From Pyrinomonadaceae bacterium (GTDB lineage Bacteria > Acidobacteriota > Blastocatellia > Pyrinomonadales > Pyrinomonadaceae): DNA of 24,000 nucleotides. Position numbers and translations under genes: made by a program. This document shows positions 6,083 to 13,962 of the stretch, one piece after another. The first letter of the stretch is position 1. The number at the start of each line of letters is the position of its first letter. The stretch lies in contig DAIRVI010000005.1 of the NCBI GenBank assembly GCA_036802885.1, positions 4,137-28,136 on the forward strand, read 5' to 3'. A model generated the notes under the pieces. The model saw only the letters and a list, made by a program, of their open reading frames with translations. It was not told where the DNA came from and searched no databases.

Positions 6083-8575
6083 TCATGGTTTTGAGCCGCG
6101 CCCGTCCACGGCCGGAACGACGATCTCCTTAACCAAGCGGCCGGGAAACTGACGAAAACCAAGTTCCTTAAGTTCACCGACAGGCCGATTCTCGTTATCG
6201 ATTTTGCCCATTAAACGCAGAATCGTTGGCATAAAGCTGAGGCCGTCGTACGGCTGCTCGACCGCAAGCCCGCGCGGAATGCCGGTGTTTAGCCCGCCCG
6301 CGACCATAAAAGTTGAATTTGTCGAAACGCGAAAAAACGAGCCGTGGTTGCCGCCCGGATTAAAGCCGCGAACGTCGAAATTCCAATGGTCGTTGGCGAG
6401 GATCAGCAAATCCGCCTCTGTCAGTCGACGCTGACGCTCGCGAAACCGCCTTATGAGCGTCTCATCCTTCGAAATACTAGCTTCGTCATCAAATAACCGA
6501 TGGCGGTCAAGCTGTTCGTTCAAACCGATGATCGCGTTTGAGTATGTCGTCTTGTGCGTGGCATTTAGCCATTCGATCTCAGTGTGCCACTCGTTTAGCC
6601 AAGCCGAACGGAGCGATGGCGGAATGGCGAAATTGTTGTCTTCGAAATATTTCAACGGCAACCCGGCTGCAAATTCTCTCACCTGAAATGTAACCTTTAC
6701 ATTCGCATCCTGCCGCAAGCCCGAGATCGGCAGATAACGAAAGCTCTGACCTCCATCCTCGTCAATGCGAGAGAGTATGAGGGCCTGCTTGTCAGCACCG
6801 CCAAAGAGCCAGACCGGTTCCTCATTCGTCCGGATGTCCGATGGCAGCGATCCGTTCGGGATACGCACCGCGACAAAGTCGATTGGGCGGCTGCTGAGGT
6901 CCGCCTGCACATTATTGCGAACCCTTTGCTCGTGCAACAGGTCAAAATAGTTCACCCGCGCAAAGCTTTTTGCGAGGTCGAGATTCTTGTCCTGATCGAG
7001 CGTCAGTCCATTTCCCGACAGACCGACGACGTAATTCTGCAGCTGGTAAACTGAGTTGGGCTCGCCCATTGCGCCGGGCGCGATAAGATCTTCGACCCTG
7101 ATTTTTCGAGCATCTAGGGTCTCACGCTTTAGAGCAAGCAAGTTCCTCAACGTCTTTAGATACTCGCGGTAATCGGCTTCGGCCTGTACGGCAATATTAA
7201 CTTGCGCCGCAAGCCGCCGGTTTTTTTCGATCGCCCCTCGCATTGCAGGGTCGCGTTCGGACTTCATCGGCAGGGTTTTTATAATTTTTTGTTGAGGCTC
7301 GATCCAACGTTGTAATGCATCAAGCTCCGCGCCGAGTTGATCGACAGTTGTTCGCCAATCAGCCCTGTACGAATCGATGATCTTAAATACACTGTCCTTT
7401 GCTGCCGCTCTTAGTTCGGATGCGAGGCCGTCCTGCCGAAGCTGTTGTAACAGAATGTGCAGGATGTTTAGATCGCTGTTGCGAAGGTGAATCGACGAGC
7501 GTTCGTTCCCGTCAAAATCGACCAATGCGGTCGGATACGATTTGACCTGGCCTTTCAGATAAAACGACTCGTCCGATGCGGTCCTGATCAAGGGAACCAA
7601 AGGATAAATTCCCTTTATGGTGTAATCGAGCATTAGTCGCCGCTTCGTGATCGCGTGATGTCCGCCGCCTGCCGCGCTACCGAGAAGTTTTACTAGATTA
7701 AATCCCTGGCTGTAAACATTTTCCTCTGAGTTAAATCCGTGATCCGACACCAGAACCAGAGCAGTTTCGTCCGCCCGCGAAGACGCCGTTATCGCGACCC
7801 AGATCTTGCCGATCAGCCGATCGAGCTCTTTGAGCCCATTCAATCTCGATGCGGTGTCGTTGTTATGGTGCGAGACGTGGTCAAACGAAACGTCGTAATA
7901 ATCGTAGTAATCAATCTCAGGCCTTTTGATGAGTTTGCCGGTAATGTCGCGCTCGGCCTGTTTGGTCGTTATTTTGCGAAAGTCGAGGCCGATCGCCCAT
8001 TCATCAATAAAGTCCTTGGGGTTACCCGGATACAAATGCACAAATCCGCTTGCAAGTACGGCCCAATCATTTCCTCGTTGGTAAAGCTGTTGACTGGTAT
8101 ATCGTTTCTCAAATGGAAATGCGTCACACAGCAACGGAATCTTTAGCTGATCCATCACCTCGACCGCGGGCATATCGGCATTCTTTGCGAACGCATACTT
8201 TAGGTAGTACGGAAAAAAGTTTAGGTAATCGTAGGCGTGCAGGGTATAGCGGTCATATTCGACATTGCCCTTGATCTGAAGGTGCTGACCCGTGTCGAGC
8301 TGCCCCCACGACGGCCCCGAGAGGCTCATACCTCGCGTATAAAAATTGGTTACACGACTCCCGTTTTTGTAAAAGACCTCGTCGAACCACGGCAAGATCG
8401 ACTTTCCGGTCTCTGGGTCACGCACTTTTACAAAATGATCGACGTAATAACTGGGCAAACCATCGATCTTAACGATCACAACACGCTTTACGCTCTGACC
8501 TGTAACGAAAACGCTTCCGGCAGCGAGAAATAAGAATGCGAGGATGGCGCTTGAGACCCTTGTTCTAATGCTCAT
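6083..8575 (-). CDS. Alkaline-phosphatase superfamily / nucleotide pyrophosphatase-phosphodiesterase (NPP)-fold enzyme with a signal peptide and a very large internal insertion
   Basis: All NPP-type metal and nucleophile motifs occur in order: VVIVKIDGLP, SLSGPSWGQLDTG, SFDHVSHHN, LVLVSDHGF, NPGGNHGS. The last two lie about 460 aa apart. The N-terminus MSIRTRVSSAILAFLFLAAGSVFVTGQ looks like a signal peptide. I prefer ATG 8575 over TTG 8590. Confidence 0.7.
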   Translation of the reverse strand: MSIRTRVSSAILAFLFLAAGSVFVTGQSVKRVVIVKIDGLPSYYVDHFVKVRDPETGKSILPWFDEVFYKNGSRVTNFYTRGMSLSGPSWGQLDTGQHLQIKGNVEYDRYTLHAYDYLNFFPYYLKYAFAKNADMPAVEVMDQLKIPLLCDAFPFEKRYTSQQLYQRGNDWAVLASGFVHLYPGNPKDFIDEWAIGLDFRKITTKQAERDITGKLIKRPEIDYYDYYDVSFDHVSHHNNDTASRLNGLKELDRLIGKIWVAITASSRADETALVLVSDHGFNSEENVYSQGFNLVKLLGSAAGGGHHAITKRRLMLDYTIKGIYPLVPLIRTASDESFYLKGQVKSYPTALVDFDGNERSSIHLRNSDLNILHILLQQLRQDGLASELRAAAKDSVFKIIDSYRADWRTTVDQLGAELDALQRWIEPQQKIIKTLPMKSERDPAMRGAIEKNRRLAAQVNIAVQAEADYREYLKTLRNLLALKRETLDARKIRVEDLIAPGAMGEPNSVYQLQNYVVGLSGNGLTLDQDKNLDLAKSFARVNYFDLLHEQRVRNNVQADLSSRPIDFVAVRIPNGSLPSDIRTNEEPVWLFGGADKQALILSRIDEDGGQSFRYLPISGLRQDANVKVTFQVREFAAGLPLKYFEDNNFAIPPSLRSAWLNEWHTEIEWLNATHKTTYSNAIIGLNEQLDRHRLFDDEASISKDETLIRRFRERQRRLTEADLLILANDHWNFDVRGFNPGGNHGSFFRVSTNSTFMVAGGLNTGIPRGLAVEQPYDGLSFMPTILRLMGKIDNENRPVGELKELGFRQFPGRLVKEIVVPAVDGRGSKP

Positions 8576-8600
8576 TTCTATGTATTTCAATAAATAATGA

Positions 8601-10667
8601 TCAATTTGTGCCGATTCCGGCGATCACCTGAGCATCGCGGTATGAAATGCGCTGACCCTCTACGAGAGCGAGTTTGAGATAACGGGCACAAAGGTCGTGC
8701 CAGCGTTCACCGGGCGTTGAATTCTTGTAAATTGCAAGCAGCTCGTTCTTAGCCGACGAATTATTTACCTTGTAAAGAGCGCTCAAACAAAGCGAGCGCA
8801 TGTCGATATCAGTCGTGATCGCAAAGATCTTTGCTAGGGCGCGCGACGTCTTATCCTCAGCCGCCGCACCGTTCTCGGCAATGAATGAAAGCGAGCGACG
8901 CAGCTTAACAACGTCCGAATCGACCTCCGGATTTGCCGACGCATAAGCGACCTCACGCAAATATCGCTCGTGATAATCCAACTGCCGGCGAATATCCAAC
9001 TGCGCCAGCAATTTGGGCGTTTCTTTTTCTCGATGCGTTATTAACCCGAAGGAAAAAGCGTGTGCGATCGACAGTAACGCGCGATCAACGCCTCCGTGCG
9101 TTAACCTGACCATCTCCTCTCGTCGGTCCTGTGTTATCTTTTTTGGCAAACCGTCGGGCCGTTTCGCATAGGCCAAAAGGTTTGCATATTGGGTGTGCGC
9201 AAGTCTAGCCTCGGCCTCGAGGCCATTCTGTAACGGATTGAGCGTCGCGGATTCGATTCGTTTGGCGATCTCCGTGCGAAATTCGGGATCGAGCGACGCA
9301 TCCAGCGACAGCAAAAGCTTTAGCTGAGAATACGAACGCAGGCGCGACGCTTGATTGAGATCGATTCCGCGGCGACCTGTTATAAACGAGTAAATGAGTC
9401 GGCCGACAAAAAACGGAAGGCCGCCAAAACGAGTAAGCGGCAGGACGTTGCCGATGATCTCATTCAACAGACGCCTCGACATCTCGCGTATCTTTGGATT
9501 GCCGTTATCACGAAAATCGACCAATATTACCGGTATCTTTGGATTATCGAGACCGTAAAGGGCAAGCGGGATCATCAGCCTGGATTTGGCGTTCGGGGTT
9601 TCTGGCTCGACCTGGCGATTGTCGGCGTCAAACCAACGCTGCTGTGAATAGCCACTCCATTTTGCGAGTCTGCTGTCGGTCCACGGGTTTTTGATATTCA
9701 GAAACCGCGCATCGAACTTTTTACCTTTGTTCGCCTCTATATCCGCGGCATCTACCCAGACTAACGCATGCTGTGCGGCACCGTCCGGCATTTCCAACGG
9801 TTCAAAATACAGACCCTGAGCCTCTGAATACTGGCGAAGTAGTTCCCAGTTGTGCCCGCGAAAATCACGGGTTTTTGTAAGCTCCTTATCATAAACCCGG
9901 CCAAGGTTTTCGCTCTGTACGTGCCAGCCAAAGGGTTTGTCATTAAGCGACAGTCGAGCCTGAATATCCTTTAACTCAGAATCACTTAGGACCTTTTCGC
10001 CCTCGATCTCCTGATATAGCGACAAAACCGTCATCGCCCGCGCAACGGCGGATTGCTGATACTCAAAAGCATTCTGTCGGTAGTGCAAGGTTGACGTTTT
10101 CATTCCAAGGCCAACTTCGCTAAGGACGATATTTTTAAAAAGCAGCCAAAATACTTTGTTCCAAACCACCTTATCGGACGACTGGACATCAATGACAGGC
10201 GGCGGAGCTTCGGTTCCGACGTTTTTCTTATTGGAGGTTCTGGAATAAAGAATGGGCGCGAATGCCGACAGTTTTTGCACCAGCGACGCTTTTGTATAGT
10301 TATGCATCCAGACGTACCGGAGCCTGTCGTTTTCCGGCAGATCATCGCCGAGCGTATCGCGAAGCACGCTGATCATCGGGATCTCAGTTGCGGGACCAAA
10401 AGTCGATTCATTCGAGCGCGATTGTTTAGCAAAAATCGTGATCAGTTCCCCGCCGCCTGCAACCGGAACCTTTTCGACCCGAAAACCTGTCTCGGTTTCG
10501 GGCTTTTCATTTTTGGCTAGATCGTTCGGGGGTGCGTTGAGTGCGAACGACTCGGCACTCGATTGAGCGGGTACCCGAATAGTGGAAAACACGATGCAAT
10601 AGACGATTAAAAAGACCGCGCAACTGGGGATTAGTCTTCGATCAGATGTGGTTTTGATCAATTTCAT
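8601..10667 (-). CDS. Hypothetical secreted or membrane-anchored protein (688 aa), no domain recognised
   Basis: This is a long uninterrupted ORF with an N-terminal hydrophobic segment (LIPSCAVFLIVYCIVFSTIRVPAQS). It ends 25 nt upstream of the AP-fold gene on the same strand, which suggests an operon. The start is ATG 10667, with TTG 10673 as an alternative. Confidence 0.6.
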   Translation of the reverse strand: MKLIKTTSDRRLIPSCAVFLIVYCIVFSTIRVPAQSSAESFALNAPPNDLAKNEKPETETGFRVEKVPVAGGGELITIFAKQSRSNESTFGPATEIPMISVLRDTLGDDLPENDRLRYVWMHNYTKASLVQKLSAFAPILYSRTSNKKNVGTEAPPPVIDVQSSDKVVWNKVFWLLFKNIVLSEVGLGMKTSTLHYRQNAFEYQQSAVARAMTVLSLYQEIEGEKVLSDSELKDIQARLSLNDKPFGWHVQSENLGRVYDKELTKTRDFRGHNWELLRQYSEAQGLYFEPLEMPDGAAQHALVWVDAADIEANKGKKFDARFLNIKNPWTDSRLAKWSGYSQQRWFDADNRQVEPETPNAKSRLMIPLALYGLDNPKIPVILVDFRDNGNPKIREMSRRLLNEIIGNVLPLTRFGGLPFFVGRLIYSFITGRRGIDLNQASRLRSYSQLKLLLSLDASLDPEFRTEIAKRIESATLNPLQNGLEAEARLAHTQYANLLAYAKRPDGLPKKITQDRREEMVRLTHGGVDRALLSIAHAFSFGLITHREKETPKLLAQLDIRRQLDYHERYLREVAYASANPEVDSDVVKLRRSLSFIAENGAAAEDKTSRALAKIFAITTDIDMRSLCLSALYKVNNSSAKNELLAIYKNSTPGERWHDLCARYLKLALVEGQRISYRDAQVIAGIGTN

Positions 10668-10799
10668 CTCCAAAATTATCGAGCATTTACATCCTTACGT
10701 TTGAGGCCATAGCCTCTTTGTCTACATCAGTTAGGAGAAATATTTTAGCGCAATCAGTTTATCAGATGCCGGAAAATCAGAAAAAGTTCGGCGAGCGCG

Positions 10800-10955
10800 C
10801 TATTTTGTGAGTTTTGAGCGGAAAACCGTCACGATTTCGACCATTGCAACGCCAATACCCGTCAATAACAGAAGGTGCACGAACCCGCCCTTGCCGAGAA
10901 AAACCAGCAAAAGCCAGATTCCTAATAAAACCCCGGTGATCAATCGTAAAACCAC
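10800..10955 (-). CDS. Small lmo0937-family-like (DUF5670-like) membrane protein, about 51 aa
   Basis: LITGVLLGIWLLLVFLGKGGFVHLLLLTGIGVAMVEI resembles the two-helix lmo0937 family (GGxIHLLL motif). The in-frame start candidate is GTG 10955. A canonical ATG-CTG-TGG (MLW) at 10960 is one base out of frame. The 91-aa ORF-track version starts at a TTG and adds a non-membrane extension. Confidence 0.4.
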   Translation of the reverse strand: MVLRLITGVLLGIWLLLVFLGKGGFVHLLLLTGIGVAMVEIVTVFRSKLTK

Positions 10956-11026
10956 AGCATTTTCGAAACAGTGACAATATTTATCTCCGCCAATGATATC
11001 ACGCCGGGAAATCGGATTGGCACATT

Positions 11027-11054
11027 TTGACAGAGCAAACGTCAATCGGATAAT
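11027..11054 (+). promoter_or_regulatory. Candidate sigma70-type promoter for the GT-C glycosyltransferase gene
   Basis: TTGACA (11027-11032), a 16-nt spacer, then GATAAT (11049-11054). It lies 50-85 nt upstream of the candidate starts at 11105 and 11138. This is a sequence match only. Confidence 0.3.
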
Positions 11055-11137
11055 CTTCAGATTCAGTTTTCGCAAGCCTGAAACGCCCCGATTAGACTGA
11101 TATTTTGCGGCTCAAATCCTTTGGGAGAATAAACAAA

Positions 11138-12844
11138 TTGTCAGCCCAGATCCGTCCGCCAATCACCGCCGGCATTTACCCGGAAAAGTTTTCCGACAAC
11201 CTGTTCTTCTCAAAAAATCGAAAGGTTGCCGCTATTATTTTGGCTATCTTTATGGCCATCGGCTTTGCCTTGCGCGTAAACGACCTAGGTGTCGAGAGCT
11301 TTGGCGAGGACGAGCTGAACAAGCTGCAAACCGTCGAGGAATATCGAACTAACGGCCTGTCGGGCAAGAACGGCGAGCATCCGTTTTTGATGAAAGGCCT
11401 GCAAACCGCTAGCGTCGTAGCGGCGGAGAGTCTGAACAAAGTCGTATCGCCGCAATATTTCACAATTTCGGATGAGGCGGCTCTGCGGTTTCCCGTAGCC
11501 CTATTTGGGACATTTACATCGCTACTTATCTTCTTACTTATTTCTGAGTTATTCGGACGCAGTATAGGGCTTGTGTCAGCGGTTCTCTGGGCGGTTGAGC
11601 CGATGGCGATCGGGTTTGACCGGATCGCGAAGGAGGACAGCCTTGTCCTTTTCTTTTTTCTACTCACGAACCTTTTTTGGATACGCAGCCAAACCGCTGC
11701 TGAACGCGGTAGCGACAGATGGACCTGGTTTGCGTGGGCGGCCGCGGCGAGTTTTGCTGCGCTAATGGCGTCGAAATATTATCCGTTTTTGCTGGGTATA
11801 ACCGCTGCATATTACAACATTTTTAAATTTGTGCCGGGAAACAAGTGGAATCTGGAAGGCGCCCGGTGGCTCAAGTTCTTCGTCATAATGGGCTTGGCCT
11901 TTCTGATCCTAAACCCAACGATCGTCTTGCCCGATACTTGGCGGGAAATGCTCAAATTCTCAAGCGAAAATCGCATCGGCCATGACAGTTATGAATTTAT
12001 GGGCGAGCTATTCCCGAACAAGATGACCGCATGGCTCGCAGGCGTGCCTTGGATCTTCTATTACATCTTTATTGCGGTAAAAACGTCGCTGCCGACCCTT
12101 TTCCTGTTCATTATCGGGTTGCCCCTGATGTTTCGACGCAACCTCGGTGACGGACGTTTTTTTATTTTCTTTTGGGCATTCATTTGGTTTATGCCCTTCA
12201 CGGTTTTGGGAGGGAAATTTACACGCTATTTCACGTTTGTGGAGCCTCTGTTGCTGATCACGGCGGCGGTCGCATTTTGCTTCGTGTTAAATTGGGTGTC
12301 CGCAAAGTTCTTTCAACAATCGTTGCTCAAGCCAATTCTGCAATCGCTCTCATTCGCGGCACTGGTTGCGGCTCCGCTTTTGAATTCACTCTCGGTCGCT
12401 CCGCATTTTAGGATGTTTACCAATGAGATCGGCGGCATGTCAGCCGCAGGCACCTACTTTCCGCATGACGAATTTTACGACGCCGGTTCGCGTGACATTG
12501 TGGCGGAGATCTCGGCTCGAGCCGGACACGGGGCAGCTATCGCGTGCGAAACTCCGATGCTGTTCGAGTATTACGCTCGGAAAGTTGGTCGCGATGACCT
12601 TACATTTTTGTCTCTGTCAGACAAGTCAAAAGTCAAGGATCTAAAGGTTGGTGATTTTGTTGTGATTACTCGAGGCCGCCGATATTTCAGTAATTCGGCG
12701 TACGAAAACTACTTGGGTAAATCGGCGACCGCAAATGTCGTGATCAAGATCGGCAAGGTCGATGCAGCGTGGATCTACCAGTTAGACCAATATACCGCCG
12801 CAGACATTCAGGCAATGGCAAAATCGGATATCAATCGTAATTGA
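11138..12844 (+). CDS. GT-C fold glycosyltransferase, family 39 / ArnT-PMT_2-like membrane protein
   Basis: It is a polytopic membrane protein. The first TM (VAAIILAIFMAIGFAL) is followed by a loop with FGEDE, which matches the acidic first-loop motif of ArnT/PMT-type enzymes. There are many TM segments and a soluble C-terminal domain of about 150 aa. The start is uncertain. TTG 11138 has GGGAGA 11 nt upstream, and the ORF opens at TTG 11105. Confidence 0.6.
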   Translation: MSAQIRPPITAGIYPEKFSDNLFFSKNRKVAAIILAIFMAIGFALRVNDLGVESFGEDELNKLQTVEEYRTNGLSGKNGEHPFLMKGLQTASVVAAESLNKVVSPQYFTISDEAALRFPVALFGTFTSLLIFLLISELFGRSIGLVSAVLWAVEPMAIGFDRIAKEDSLVLFFFLLTNLFWIRSQTAAERGSDRWTWFAWAAAASFAALMASKYYPFLLGITAAYYNIFKFVPGNKWNLEGARWLKFFVIMGLAFLILNPTIVLPDTWREMLKFSSENRIGHDSYEFMGELFPNKMTAWLAGVPWIFYYIFIAVKTSLPTLFLFIIGLPLMFRRNLGDGRFFIFFWAFIWFMPFTVLGGKFTRYFTFVEPLLLITAAVAFCFVLNWVSAKFFQQSLLKPILQSLSFAALVAAPLLNSLSVAPHFRMFTNEIGGMSAAGTYFPHDEFYDAGSRDIVAEISARAGHGAAIACETPMLFEYYARKVGRDDLTFLSLSDKSKVKDLKVGDFVVITRGRRYFSNSAYENYLGKSATANVVIKIGKVDAAWIYQLDQYTAADIQAMAKSDINRN

Positions 12845-13934
12845 GAGCTTCGACGGCGTCGAGACGAGCCGCTCGCAACCCTGGGTACAAGGCTCCGAGC
12901 GCGCCGCTAACAAGTCCGACGACTACGATCGTTAGGACGATTTGTGGCTCGATGGAAACCGTAAGTGTTGACCATTTGCCAAGTACCGCTCTCAATGCGT
13001 ACGTCGCCGCGACGCCAAAAATTATACCGCCGACACTGATCAGCATCGCCTCTTGGACAATCGTCCAGGCAATATTCGTGTTGGACATTCCGAGCGATTT
13101 CAATACTCCGATCTGACGGGTGCGTTCCGTAACCGTCGTGTACATCGTAAGCAAAATTATTAGGCCGCTGATCGCCGCGGCAACGCCGATCACCACATCA
13201 AGAAAGACGTTAAGGGCCGGAATCCCCTGCATGTAAAGCTCTTCGAGCTCACTCGTGAGGATGATCTGATTATCAGGAAATTTCGCGTGTAGATTGTCGC
13301 CCACCGCGGCGGGGGTAGAACCCTCCTTGACCTTTACCAAAAAGGCCGACGCTTTGCCTTCGGCCGCGAGTTGGGCCTGCATCGTAGTGAGCGGAATCTT
13401 GATACGCGCCCCGGCGCTCGGCTCGTAGGTTCCGACGATCTCAAAATCGCGGTCGTAGATTTTAAATTTATCGCCGATCTTGAGCTTTCGACGCTCGAGC
13501 CAGGCACTGTCCGACATCATCTCGTCGCGGCCATCGACAAACTTCCGTCCCTGCACTATCTGCAGACCGGCCATCGCCGAATATTCGTCATAACTCACGC
13601 CGTCAATCAGACGGCTGCCCGTTAATCCGTCGGTCGCGGCGACGCTATTCTGCGCAACCGGTATTACAGCGGCCACGCCCTCGACCTTTTCGATCTCGGT
13701 TGATTGTGAAACGGGAAGCCGAAGGGAATCCGACCCGCTCAGCCCGAAACTACCCAACGCTCGAAACATTATTTCCGCTCCGACATTTTTATCGCGGGCA
13801 GCGCGCTCGCGCATCGTGCCATTTGCGAGTCCAACCGTAAAAACGATCAGCAAAATGCCGATGCCGATGCCAAAAATACTGACAACGGTCCGTGCCGGGC
13901 GGTGGAGCATGTTTGAAAATACAAGGCTGTTCAC
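12831..13934 (-). CDS. FtsX/MacB-type ABC transporter permease (single module, 4 TM), no adjacent ATPase
   Basis: The N-terminus FSNMLHRPARTVVSIFGIGIGILLIV matches the typical MacB/FtsX start. A periplasmic domain of about 220 aa follows, then the FtsX region (TERTRQIGVLKSLGMSN...). The start is GTG 13934. The 3' end overlaps the convergent GT39-like gene by 14 nt. Confidence 0.8.
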   Translation of the reverse strand: MNSLVFSNMLHRPARTVVSIFGIGIGILLIVFTVGLANGTMRERAARDKNVGAEIMFRALGSFGLSGSDSLRLPVSQSTEIEKVEGVAAVIPVAQNSVAATDGLTGSRLIDGVSYDEYSAMAGLQIVQGRKFVDGRDEMMSDSAWLERRKLKIGDKFKIYDRDFEIVGTYEPSAGARIKIPLTTMQAQLAAEGKASAFLVKVKEGSTPAAVGDNLHAKFPDNQIILTSELEELYMQGIPALNVFLDVVIGVAAAISGLIILLTMYTTVTERTRQIGVLKSLGMSNTNIAWTIVQEAMLISVGGIIFGVAATYALRAVLGKWSTLTVSIEPQIVLTIVVVGLVSGALGALYPGLRAARLDAVEALNYD

Positions 13935-13962
13935 TTAATACAAAATTCGACGTGCGCAAAGT

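Noticed and set aside
10703-10716. Small palindrome gaggccatagcctc in the spacer between the lmo0937-like gene and the 688-aa gene
   Set aside because: It has only a 5-bp stem and no U-tract on the transcribed (minus) strand, so it is indistinguishable from chance.
10956-11075. N-terminal extension that makes the small membrane protein a 91-aa ORF
   Set aside because: It starts at a TTG, and the added 40 aa are non-hydrophobic and unlike the about 50-aa family. It probably reflects an open frame in the intergenic region.
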